Of a stretch of 64,000 nt of DNA, positions 1 through 8,743 are shown piece by piece (positions within the stretch are counted from its first letter, which is position 1; every line of letters starts with the position of its first letter). The DNA is from Candidatus Limnocylindrales bacterium (GTDB lineage: Bacteria > Chloroflexota > Limnocylindria > Limnocylindrales > CSP1-4). Both the position numbers and the translations under genes were made by a program. The notes beneath the pieces are model-generated. The model was not told the origin of the DNA. It saw only the letters and a program-made list of their open reading frames with translations, and searched no databases. The DNA is taken from assembly GCA_036504355.1 (NCBI GenBank), contig DASXVG010000079.1, positions 580-64,579 on the forward strand, written 5' to 3'.

Positions 1-270
1 ACCGAGTGGTACGCGAGCGACGGCTCCTTCGTGCGGGCCGCCTTCAATGGCACCAGCACCAACGTCTGCGACGTGCTCGCGGACTAGCACTGGAGTCCGC
101 ACGACCGGCGGTCACCGCACATGCCCGGAAACGGGTTGCCACGACCGCATCGGACACGGGGGTCGTCGGCGCGACGACCCCCTTGTCGGCGTGCCCGGGC
201 GCGGGCACAATCGCCGTCCAACGGAGGGCGATACCCGGTGCCGACCAGCGTCCATCGCCGCAGCGCGTCC

Positions 271-2628
271 GTGCTCGGCAGAGACGCGGATCGCCAGCGG
301 GTGAGCGCGCTCCTCGACGAGTCGAGGCTCGTGACGCTCACCGGTCCGGGTGGGATCGGGAAGACGACGCTTGCGCGAGAGGTCCTCGGTGCGCACGAGG
401 GTGATGGCTGGTTCGTCGACCTCGCCCCGCTTCGCAGCTCGTCCGACGTTGCGGCGGCGGTTGCCGGCGCCATCGGGCTGGTCGGCACCCGCAACGAGGA
501 CGCCGAGGCCGCCCTCGTTGCGTTCCTCGGTCTGCGCGAGGCGCTGCTCGTCCTCGACAACCTCGAGCACCTCGACGGCGTGGGGCGCCGCGTCACCGCC
601 TGGCTGGACGCAGCACCCGCGACGCGCGTCCTCGCGACGAGCCGGATCCCCCTGCGGGTTCCCGGCGAGCGCGAGCTCCCGATCCCGGGCCTCATGCTGC
701 CCGCGACCAGAAGCCCTGCCGATGTCGAGGCCTCCCCCTCGGGCGCACTGTTCCTGCGTATCGCGCGGCTGCTCGGGGCGATCGAGGTGCTGGACGCGGC
801 GACGGCAGGGGACCTGGCCGATCTCCTGCGCCGCCTCGATGGGATGCCGCTTGCGATCGAGCTCGCGGCGGGCCGGAGCCGGATCCTCTCGCCCGGGGCG
901 ATCCTTCGCCGTCTCGATGATCCCGCGGTGGTCTCGACCCGCGACATCCTGGAGGGGGAGGAGCGGCGGCACACGTCGCTGGATGAGGTGCTCGCGATGA
1001 GCATCGACCTCGTCCCGGCGCCGGAGCGCGCGTTCCTCGGGGCGCTTGCCGTGTGCGGGCCGTCCTTCGACATCGACCTCGCGCAGGCGCTGTCGCCGGA
1101 CGTGCCCGCCGTCCCCGCGCTGGACCTGCTCGTGTCCTCGGGCCTCGTGCGCGCGCTCGGGGAGGTCGGCGGCGAGCCGCGCTTCGGACTCCTCGAGACC
1201 GTTCGTGCCCACCTCTCGCGTGGCCTTCCGCTGGCCGAACGGGAGGTCCTGCTCGAGCGGCTCGCCCGGGCGACGGTCCGAACGGCCGAACGGCTGGACG
1301 CTCGATGGGCGATGGCGGAGCGGGACGCCATGGCGGTGTTCCTCGCGGAGCTCGACGCGATCGCCCTGGCGGAGGACTGGTGCCTGCGGCACGACCCGTC
1401 ACTCGGCCTGCGGCTGCTCGCGGCGTTCGACCGGATCGCACAGACGGGTGTCCAGCTCGCGCGCTCCGTCGCCTGGTGCCGGGCGATGCTGGACGCCGCG
1501 CGGGCCGATGACCCCAACCGCCTCGCGGTGACCGGCTCGCTGTTGCGGCTGCTGACCCGGTACGCCGGCCCCGAGGAGGCGCTCCGGCTGGAGCCCGAGC
1601 TCCTCGCGGGAGTCGACGGCCTCCCCGCAGTCGACCGGCGTCGCCTGTTCCTTCAGCTCGCGCACGCGCGGTACGCCCTCGGCGATGGACCCGGACTGAG
1701 CCGCAACAACCTGCTGGCCGCGGAGGCGGCACCCGATCCGGACGACCGCGCTGCCCTGACGCTGAGCGGGCTCGCCGATGCCGCCTGGTTCGAAGACCAC
1801 GACGCCGCCACGTCGGCGACGCGCCACCTGGAGGCGGCGGCTGCGGGCGCGCGGATCGGTCGGCACGGGAACCAGGGCATCGCGCTGTTCAAGGCGGCTC
1901 TCGCGTTCCTGCGCACGGGCAGCGTCCGCGCGGCGGTGACCCAGGCCTCGTCGTCGATCGAGCTCTGCCCCCCGGGGAACGTCCGTGCCTTCGCCCGCGA
2001 CATCCTTGCCCTTGCGCTCGCTGAGGATGGGCGGCCGGAGGAAGCGCGAGCGTCGCTCACGGCGGCGTGGCCCGAAGTCGAGCGCGAGGCACGCATCGAC
2101 CGCGTGGAGGCGCTGGAAGCGGCGGTCGCGGTGCTCGCCGCTGAGGGCCGCCACGCCGAGGCGCTGACGGTCCTCGCCGTGGCCGACCGCGACCGGCCGT
2201 CGACCGGGTGGACCCGTGACGATCACGTCTCGTTCCTCCTGGAACGATGGCGCCAGCGATCCGTGAAGGTGCTCGGCCCGGTGCCGGCGCGGATCGCCGA
2301 GCTCGCCGCGGACGGCCTGTCGCTCGAGGCGGCGATGGCGCGGTCGCTGCGTCCGGCCGGGGATGCGCCGGGTCGCCGTGCGTCTCGCCGCCCCCACCCG
2401 CTGCCGCACACGCTGGACGGGCTGACCGCACGCGAGGTGGAGGTGCTGACGCTGATCGGGGAGGGACGGACCAACAACGAGATCGCGGCGAAGCTGTACA
2501 TCAGCCACAAGACGGCGTCCGTCCACGTGACGAACGTCAAGGGGAAGCTCGGCGTCGGCTCGCGGCTCGAGATCGCCCTCCGCGCCCGCGAGCTCGGCCT
2601 CGTGCGCGAGACGCCCGTCACGACCTGA
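271..2628 (+). CDS. LuxR-family transcriptional regulator with an N-terminal P-loop (STAND/AAA-like) NTPase and a long helical middle region
   Basis: Lies in the frame of ORF 121..2628. Walker A motif GPGGIGKTTLA sits near the N-terminus. C-terminal LuxR HTH: LTAREVEVLTLIGEGRTNNEIAAKLYISHKTASVHVTNVKGKLG. Start placed at GTG 271 by analogy with the paralogue (VLGRDADRQRV vs MTLLGRDDAVARL); it could lie anywhere between 121 and 271. Confidence 0.8.
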   Translation: MLGRDADRQRVSALLDESRLVTLTGPGGIGKTTLAREVLGAHEGDGWFVDLAPLRSSSDVAAAVAGAIGLVGTRNEDAEAALVAFLGLREALLVLDNLEHLDGVGRRVTAWLDAAPATRVLATSRIPLRVPGERELPIPGLMLPATRSPADVEASPSGALFLRIARLLGAIEVLDAATAGDLADLLRRLDGMPLAIELAAGRSRILSPGAILRRLDDPAVVSTRDILEGEERRHTSLDEVLAMSIDLVPAPERAFLGALAVCGPSFDIDLAQALSPDVPAVPALDLLVSSGLVRALGEVGGEPRFGLLETVRAHLSRGLPLAEREVLLERLARATVRTAERLDARWAMAERDAMAVFLAELDAIALAEDWCLRHDPSLGLRLLAAFDRIAQTGVQLARSVAWCRAMLDAARADDPNRLAVTGSLLRLLTRYAGPEEALRLEPELLAGVDGLPAVDRRRLFLQLAHARYALGDGPGLSRNNLLAAEAAPDPDDRAALTLSGLADAAWFEDHDAATSATRHLEAAAAGARIGRHGNQGIALFKAALAFLRTGSVRAAVTQASSSIELCPPGNVRAFARDILALALAEDGRPEEARASLTAAWPEVEREARIDRVEALEAAVAVLAAEGRHAEALTVLAVADRDRPSTGWTRDDHVSFLLERWRQRSVKVLGPVPARIAELAADGLSLEAAMARSLRPAGDAPGRRASRRPHPLPHTLDGLTAREVEVLTLIGEGRTNNEIAAKLYISHKTASVHVTNVKGKLGVGSRLEIALRARELGLVRETPVTT

Positions 2629-2786
2629 CCCCCGCGCCCACGAGGAGACTCGCCGGGGGAAGCCGGCGCGGTGGGGTCGAACCCCTTGTCCGGGTCGAGC
2701 TGGCCGCACACAATGGGCCGCCAGCTGGAGGAGCCACGGTTGTCGTCGAGCGTCCACGCGCCCCTGTTCGCATCGGCCCGCCCGCG

Positions 2787-5150
2787 ATGACCCTCCTCGG
2801 TCGCGACGACGCCGTCGCGAGACTTGCGCGCGTCGTCCTCCAGGACCGTATGGTGACGCTCACCGGTCCGGGCGGGGTCGGGAAGACAACGCTGGCGCGG
2901 GCGGTCCTCGACCGCCTGCGTGACGGCGGGCACGAGGCGTGGTTCGTGGACGGGGTCGCCGTGCACTCCTCGGCCGGGCTCCTCCGCGCGATCGCGGCGG
3001 CGCTCGAGCTGGTTGCCGGACCGGCGGACGAGGCGACCGCCCTGGATGACTACTTCGGACGCCGGGAGGCATGGCTGGTCCTGGACAACCTCGAGAATCT
3101 CGTCGCGGACGGCGTGGCCGCGGTCATCGAGCCACGTCTCGCGGCTGCACCCGGGCTGCACATCATCGCGACCAGCCGGGTGCCCCTGGCCATCGCGGGC
3201 GAGGTGCAGGTCCCGGTGCCGGGCCTCGAGCTCCCATCGGGCGACGACCCGGGGGCGGTTGCGGCGTCGCCGTCGGGCGCCCTGTTCCTGGCGCGTGCGC
3301 ACGCCATGGGTGCCGACCTCAAGCTCGATGCGCCCGCCGCCGCTGAGGCGTCGGCCATCCTGCGCAGGCTCGACGGCATGCCGCTGGCGATCGAGCTCGC
3401 GGCAGGGCGTACGCGGGTCTTCGGCCTGGCCGAGCTCCGCCGGCGACTCGACGATCCGCGGACGCTGGCTTCACAGACGGTCGCCGACGGCCGCCATCGC
3501 TCGCTCGCCACCGTCCTCGCATGGTCGATCGCGCTGCTCCAGGATGACGAGCGGCGGGTGCTCGATGCGGCCTCCCGTTGCCCGGGCCCATTCGACGTCG
3601 CCGTGCTCGAGGCACTCGCCCCGGGGGCGGATGTCGTGTCGGCGCTCGACGGGCTCGTGCGAGCCGGGCTCGTGACCCCCGACGCTGACGAGGATGGACG
3701 CCGCTGGTTCCGGGTGCTCGACACCATCCGCGCCGCCTGCCTCCGGTCGCTCGACCCGGGCCGCGAGGCTGAGCTCGACCGCCGTCTCGCTACGCATGTC
3801 GACGCCCTGGTGGCCGCCATCGGCCGAGACCTGTGGGGCCCGAGGCAGGCTGAGGCGACGCGTCTCGCGGGTCGGCTCAGACCCCTGATCACTGGCGTGC
3901 TCGAATGGGCGGAGGGCAACGACCCGGCCGCCGGCCTCCGGATCATCACGGCGCTCGACCGGTACTGGGGACAGAGCCCGTGGGACGCGACGCCGCTCCG
4001 CTGGCTCGATGCGCTCCTGGCCGCTGCGACCCCCGACGACCCGAGCCGCCCGTACGCGGAGGTCGTGCGGGTCGAGCAGATCCTGGTACGGGACGGCCCG
4101 GCGGCCGCGCTCGACCTCGCCCGCGGCGCGATCGAGATCGCGCGTGCGGCCGGGGTCAGGCACGTGATGCGGCGAGCCATCACGACGGCAGCGCAGGTTT
4201 GCCTCGGCAACGGCGACCGCGAGGCCGCCGGTCGATGCCTCCTCGAGGCCTCGGAGTACGTCGACGACCCGGAGGTGCGCGAGGGGCTGCGGATCGCGGG
4301 ATGGGCCCACGAGGCGATTGCCCGCGGGCTGGACGAGGACGCTCGGGCCAGCCTGCTCGCATCTGCGGCCGCGCACGAGCGGAGCGGCGACGCCTGGAAC
4401 GCCGCCGTCACCCTGCTGTGCTGCGCCCAGGTCGAGTGGCGCCTCGGCGAGGCCGAGGCGTCCGCTGCCACCGCGGTGCATGCCGATGAGCTGCTGCAGT
4501 CGGCGGGGTTTCCGGACGATCAGCGACCGGTCGTCATCGCCGCGCTCGGCAACGCCGGCCGCGTGGACGTCGCCCGGGCGGTGCTCAGGGACGCGTGGCC
4601 GGTCGTCGAGCGGGCGCATCCGGTCGCGAGGGTCGAGCTGCTCGAGGCGGCGGTCCCCCTGGTCCACGCGCAGGGCCGCATGGCGGATGCGTTGAGGATC
4701 GTCGCGGCCGCGGACCGCGCCCGAGCGGGGCTCGGGTGGGCGGTGGACGAGCTGAACGGCTGGCTGGTTGCCGAGCACCGCTCGGTGATCGAGCGGGCCC
4801 TCGACCCCGTGGCCATCGGGCTTGCGCTTCGCGATGGTGCCTCGATGGACGTCCACGAGGCGTATGCCATCGCCGTCGCGGAGCCGGACGGCACCCCGGT
4901 CACGACGACGAGCAGGACGGTTGAGCGCCTGACGACACGAGAGGTCGAGGTGCTGGCGCTCGTCGGGTCCGGGCAGTCCGACACGGAGATCGCCGAGGCG
5001 CTGTTCATCAGTCCCAAGACCGCGTCGGTCCACGTGTCCAACGTGAAAGGCAAGCTCGGAGCGGGGTCCAGGCTGGAGGTCGCCCTGCGAGCCCGCGAGA
5101 TGGGGCTCGTCGACGGTGCCGTCCGGCGGGGAGACCGCGCTCGAGGGTGA
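2787..5150 (+). CDS. LuxR-family transcriptional regulator with an N-terminal P-loop NTPase (paralogue of the upstream gene)
   Basis: Lies in the frame of ORF 2247..5150. ATG at 2787 gives MTLLGRDDAVARLARVVLQDRMVTLTGPGGVGKTTLA. C-terminal LuxR HTH: LTTREVEVLALVGSGQSDTEIAEALFISPKTASVHVSNVKGKLG. Shares blocks with gene 1, such as LDGMPLAIELAAGR. The part of the ORF upstream of 2787 is Arg/Gly-rich low-complexity sequence. Confidence 0.8.
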   Translation: MTLLGRDDAVARLARVVLQDRMVTLTGPGGVGKTTLARAVLDRLRDGGHEAWFVDGVAVHSSAGLLRAIAAALELVAGPADEATALDDYFGRREAWLVLDNLENLVADGVAAVIEPRLAAAPGLHIIATSRVPLAIAGEVQVPVPGLELPSGDDPGAVAASPSGALFLARAHAMGADLKLDAPAAAEASAILRRLDGMPLAIELAAGRTRVFGLAELRRRLDDPRTLASQTVADGRHRSLATVLAWSIALLQDDERRVLDAASRCPGPFDVAVLEALAPGADVVSALDGLVRAGLVTPDADEDGRRWFRVLDTIRAACLRSLDPGREAELDRRLATHVDALVAAIGRDLWGPRQAEATRLAGRLRPLITGVLEWAEGNDPAAGLRIITALDRYWGQSPWDATPLRWLDALLAAATPDDPSRPYAEVVRVEQILVRDGPAAALDLARGAIEIARAAGVRHVMRRAITTAAQVCLGNGDREAAGRCLLEASEYVDDPEVREGLRIAGWAHEAIARGLDEDARASLLASAAAHERSGDAWNAAVTLLCCAQVEWRLGEAEASAATAVHADELLQSAGFPDDQRPVVIAALGNAGRVDVARAVLRDAWPVVERAHPVARVELLEAAVPLVHAQGRMADALRIVAAADRARAGLGWAVDELNGWLVAEHRSVIERALDPVAIGLALRDGASMDVHEAYAIAVAEPDGTPVTTTSRTVERLTTREVEVLALVGSGQSDTEIAEALFISPKTASVHVSNVKGKLGAGSRLEVALRAREMGLVDGAVRRGDRARG

Positions 5151-5167
5151 CCCGCCCGTACATGGAA

Positions 5168-5198
5168 GCGGCCCGCCGGGAGGATCCCTGCGGGCCGC
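5168..5198. terminator. GC-rich hairpin between convergent genes (possible bidirectional terminator)
   Basis: gcggcccgc (5168-5176) pairs with gcgggccgc (5190-5198). An inner ggga/tccc pairing is also possible. No clear U-tract. Confidence 0.4.
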
Positions 5199-5217
5199 GG
5201 TATGGAGGTGAACGGAG

Positions 5218-5787
5218 CTACCCGCTCGTCGTCGGCGAGGCGGACGGGGAGGCGTCGGGCCCGATGCCCTTGTCGCCACCGAACCAGCCGCCCATGCCGT
5301 GGCCGCGGCGGCCACCACCGCCGAACAGGAACCCGCGCCCGAGGCCCTGGAGCTCCTCGATCGTGATCTTGCCGTCGTCGAGCAGCGTGGTCAGCGTGCG
5401 AAGCTGGCTGTCGGCGGGGAGCTGGTCGATCTCGGCCTGGGTGATGACGCCGTCCGCGAGGAACGACTGGAGCTGCTGGCGCTCGGCCTGTCGGGCCGCC
5501 TGACGGGCGGTGCGCTCGGCGGCGAGGGCGTCGAGGATCGCGGTCTTCTGGCCGCTGTTGATCGTTCCCTTGGTGACGAGGCTGTCGAGGACGTCCGACA
5601 GGATCGTGTCCTTGGGTTCGATGGGCGTCGTGGTCGTGCCGGTGCTCGGCGACGGGGACGCCGCAGCCGGGACCACGGCGCCCGTGCCCGACGGCGCGCT
5701 GCCGCTGGTGGCGAAGACGGCGCCCGCGCCCGCGATGACCAGGAGGCCGGCGAGCGGGAGGACGACGCTGGTGCGGTTGAGCTTCAC
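5218..5787 (-). CDS. Secreted hypothetical protein with three SHOCT-like short helical repeats and a Gly-rich C-terminus
   Basis: N-terminal signal-like sequence MKLNRTSVVLPLAGLLVIAGAGAVFA. Repeats: KGTINSGQKTAILDAL, DGVITQAEIDQL, DGKITIEELQGL. Gly-rich stretch: GFLFGGGGRRGHGMGGWFGG. Lies 51 nt downstream of the histidine kinase, so probably in the same operon. Confidence 0.6.
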   Translation of the reverse strand: MKLNRTSVVLPLAGLLVIAGAGAVFATSGSAPSGTGAVVPAAASPSPSTGTTTTPIEPKDTILSDVLDSLVTKGTINSGQKTAILDALAAERTARQAARQAERQQLQSFLADGVITQAEIDQLPADSQLRTLTTLLDDGKITIEELQGLGRGFLFGGGGRRGHGMGGWFGGDKGIGPDASPSASPTTSG

Positions 5788-5838
5788 GTTGGTCTCCGTG
5801 ATGGGTCGCGGCGGCAGGCGGCCGCCGGGGTTGATGAC

Positions 5839-7338
5839 CTAGACGATGGGCCCGGTCGCTGAACTCGGGCCGGGACCGGGCTGTGAAGTTCCTGTGAGCG
5901 GCAGCCGGACGACGAAGGTGGCGCCGCCACCCGGGGTCGCCTCGTGCCATATCCGCCCGCCCAGCGCGGCGGTGATCGAGGCGACGATGGAGAGCCCCAG
6001 GCCGGACCCGCCGCGGTCCCGCGATCGCGCCGGATCGGCGCGATAGAACCGGTCGAACACGCGGGCGCCGTGCGCGGGGTCGATCCCCGGGCCGTGGTCC
6101 ACGACCCGCACCTCCGCAGCCGGCGCCGTGTCGGCCGGATCGGCGTCTCCCCGCAGCGTGTCTCCCCGCCTCTCGGACGTGCGCCGCAGGATCACCTCCA
6201 TGGGTGTCGCCGCCGGCGTGTGGACCCGGACATTCGCGAGCAGGTTGCCGATCACCTGGCGGATCCGATCCTCGTCGCCGGTGACGACGATCCCGTCCTC
6301 GATCGTCCCGTCGACCGGTCGCCCGGGATCGACGGCGCGCGCGTCTGCGACGACCTCGAGGGCGACCCGGCTCAGATCCACCGGGTCGGCGCGGAGCGGG
6401 CGGCCCTGGTCAAGGTGGGCGAGGAGCAGGAGATCGTCGACGAGCAGCCCCATCCGCCGGCTCTCGGTTCCGATCCGCGTCATCGCCGCCTCGAGCTCAG
6501 CCGGATCCGACAGTCCGCCGGCCCGGTAGAGGTCGGCATACCCGCGGACCGCCGTCAGCGGCGTCCGGAGCTCGTGCGAGGCGTCCGCGACGAAGCGGCG
6601 CAGACGCTCCTCGCTCTGGGCCTTCGCCTCGAGCGCGGTCCGCTGGGTCGCGAAGCTGTCCTCGATCTGGTCGAGCATCGCGTCGAACGCCGTGCCCACG
6701 CGCCCGACCTCGGTCTGGTCGTGCGGGATGCCCGCGCGGTGCGACAGGTCGCCGGCCGTGATCTCCTGCGCGGCACGCTCGAGGCGCTCGAGGGGCACCA
6801 GGCTGCGGCGGATGATGACAAACGCCGTCGCTGCGAGGGCCAGGATCGCCAGCCCGCCCACGAGGACCAGCGTGCGGGCAAGCGCGCGGGTCACCTCCTC
6901 GACGCCGTCGAGCGGCGCTGCGACCGCGATGACCGCGCCCGCCCGCCCCTGGCCCATGACGACGCGGTAGTCGAGCGAGCCGTCCAGCGCCGGTCTCGTC
7001 GCGATCGTTCCGAACGCCTCGGCGGGGATCCCGCCCGGGTAGACGGGGAGGACGGGCAGGGGATCGGGGTCGTTGGCAAACCCGGACGGGAACGAGCGCA
7101 TGATGGTGCCGCGGCGGTCGAGCCGCATCACGGCGAGCCGCCGGCCGGCCTCGCCGCCACCGGTGAGGTCCTGGAGGGGGCCGATGCGGTCCGCCGTCGA
7201 CGCGAGGGTCAGCAGCTCCTGGTCCACGCGGTTCACGAGCGACTGGCGGGTCAGGCCGACCAGCGCAACCCCCGCAATGACGAGGGCCACGGCGAGCGTC
7301 GCGACGAGCGACACGACGAGGCGGGTGCGGAGGCTCAT
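5839..7338 (-). CDS. Sensor histidine kinase (two TM segments, HAMP, HisKA, HATPase_c)
   Basis: H-box ADASHELRTPLTAVRGYADL. C-terminal G-boxes: VVDHGPGI and GGSGLGLSIV. N-terminal TM segment LVVSLVATLAVALVIAGVALVGL. Confidence 0.9.
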   Translation of the reverse strand: MSLRTRLVVSLVATLAVALVIAGVALVGLTRQSLVNRVDQELLTLASTADRIGPLQDLTGGGEAGRRLAVMRLDRRGTIMRSFPSGFANDPDPLPVLPVYPGGIPAEAFGTIATRPALDGSLDYRVVMGQGRAGAVIAVAAPLDGVEEVTRALARTLVLVGGLAILALAATAFVIIRRSLVPLERLERAAQEITAGDLSHRAGIPHDQTEVGRVGTAFDAMLDQIEDSFATQRTALEAKAQSEERLRRFVADASHELRTPLTAVRGYADLYRAGGLSDPAELEAAMTRIGTESRRMGLLVDDLLLLAHLDQGRPLRADPVDLSRVALEVVADARAVDPGRPVDGTIEDGIVVTGDEDRIRQVIGNLLANVRVHTPAATPMEVILRRTSERRGDTLRGDADPADTAPAAEVRVVDHGPGIDPAHGARVFDRFYRADPARSRDRGGSGLGLSIVASITAALGGRIWHEATPGGGATFVVRLPLTGTSQPGPGPSSATGPIV

Positions 7339-7352
7339 CCCGCGCGTGGCCG

Positions 7353-8444
7353 CTACTCGGCCCGGAGCACGTAGCCGAATCCGCGGACGGTGCGCACGAG
7401 CCTCGGCTCGCCATCGTCCAGCTTCCGGCGCAGGTAGCTCACGTACGTCTCGACGACGTTGTCCTCGCCGTTGAAGTCGTACTGCCAGACGTGGTCGAGG
7501 ATCTGCTGCTTCGAGAGCACCCGCTCCGGGTTGAGCAGGAAGTAGCGCAGCAGGCGGAACTCGGTGGGGGAGAGCTCGACCTCGCGGCCGGCACGCCAGA
7601 CCTGGTGCCGGTCCTCGTCCATCTCCAGGTCGCGATAGCGAAGGCGGGCGGCCCCGTCCTCCGCGCCGCCGCGGACCCGCCGCAGGAGGGCACCGATGCG
7701 CAGCGTGAGCTCCTCCAGCGAGAAGGGCTTGGTGACGTAGTCGTCGCCACCGCGGACGAAGCCGGTCACGCGGTCGTCCTCGGAGTCGCGCGCCGACAGG
7801 AAGATCACCGGGACGAAGTCACGCTGCTCCCGCAGCCTGCGGCAGACCTCGAACCCGTCGAGGTCCGGCAGCATCACGTCCAGGACGACCAGGTCCGGGC
7901 TGGCCGTCGCCGCCGCCTCGAGGGCCGCGTTCCCGGTCGCCGCAGTCGTGACCTGGTAGCCCATGTACCGGAGCGCGGTGGACAACAGGTCGGTGATCGC
8001 CGGCTCGTCGTCGACGACGAGGACGTGCGCGCCGGTCACGGAGACGCCGGGGGACTGGGCTGCCATAGGGACATTCGACGCTTCCGACCTGAGAGGTTCC
8101 TGTGAGTGCGCCGTTAACTCGGTGTCCTCGGTGTCCACGGTGTCCTCGGCAGGCGCAGGGTCCAGGCGCCGCGCGATGTCGGTTCCGGCGAGCCAGGCGA
8201 TGACTCGCCCGGTCGCGCGGGGCTCGAGGGCGTACAGGTAGCTGCGCTCGTCGGTCGCGAAGGGGAGCATGCGGATCAGCCCTGCCTCCTCGAGGACGCG
8301 GAGATGATGGGAGATCGTCGACCGTGCCTTGCCCAGCTCGCTGGCAAGCACCGACGGACGGTACGGCCGCAAGGCGAGCCGCGCACAGATCTCCCGCCGC
8401 GACAGGTCGACGAGGACCTCGATCCCGGGGCCGCGCCCATCCAT
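7353..8444 (-). CDS. OmpR-family response regulator (REC plus winged-helix output) preceded in the same frame by an ArsR-type HTH domain
   Basis: REC domain: HVLVVDDEPAITDLL...DLVVLDVMLPDLDGFEV. OmpR-type C-terminus: LSPTEFRLLRYFLLNPERVLSKQQILDHVW...VRGFGYVL. There is no in-frame stop between this and an upstream ArsR-like segment (LSRREICARLALRPYRPSVLASELGKARSTISHHLRVLEEAGLIRM...YLYAL). Start options: ATG 8444 (three-domain protein), GTG 8486, or internal ATG 8066 (regulator alone, 237 aa). Confidence 0.75.
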   Translation of the reverse strand: MDGRGPGIEVLVDLSRREICARLALRPYRPSVLASELGKARSTISHHLRVLEEAGLIRMLPFATDERSYLYALEPRATGRVIAWLAGTDIARRLDPAPAEDTVDTEDTELTAHSQEPLRSEASNVPMAAQSPGVSVTGAHVLVVDDEPAITDLLSTALRYMGYQVTTAATGNAALEAAATASPDLVVLDVMLPDLDGFEVCRRLREQRDFVPVIFLSARDSEDDRVTGFVRGGDDYVTKPFSLEELTLRIGALLRRVRGGAEDGAARLRYRDLEMDEDRHQVWRAGREVELSPTEFRLLRYFLLNPERVLSKQQILDHVWQYDFNGEDNVVETYVSYLRRKLDDGEPRLVRTVRGFGYVLRAE

Positions 8445-8743
8445 CGCGTCACGATGACCAAGGCCCCTTACGCGCCGCTCAACCACGACCGCCCGGCCAG
8501 CGGCGCTGAGATGCCCACCGCTCCGCGCCGTGCTTCGACGTCGCCCCACGCTGTGGGTCGCCGCAGCCCGAATTGCGGAAACGCACACGGTTCGATGGCC
8601 ATCGAACGCCGATGCCCAACGCGTGTTCGATGGTGATCGAACCATCCCGAAGTGCGCCTTCGCGGGCTCCCCGCTGCCGCCGAGGAGGGCGAGCGAAGGG
8701 GATGGCGCCCGCGAGGGGACGGGGGCTGCGGCATGATTGCCGC

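Noticed and set aside
84-1517. Long minus-strand ORFs (84..1517, 112..1392, 692..1732) antisense to the first LuxR gene
   Set aside because: Their translations are Arg/Ala/Ser/Pro-rich low complexity with no motifs. These are typical shadow ORFs of a very GC-rich coding region, and the plus-strand frame carries clear Walker A and LuxR HTH motifs.
3471-5950. ORFs 3050..4471, 3471..5318 and 4520..5950 on the minus strand (473-615 aa)
   Set aside because: They are antisense or alternate-frame shadows of the second LuxR gene and the secreted-protein gene. Composition is dominated by R/G/P/A, with no recognisable domains.
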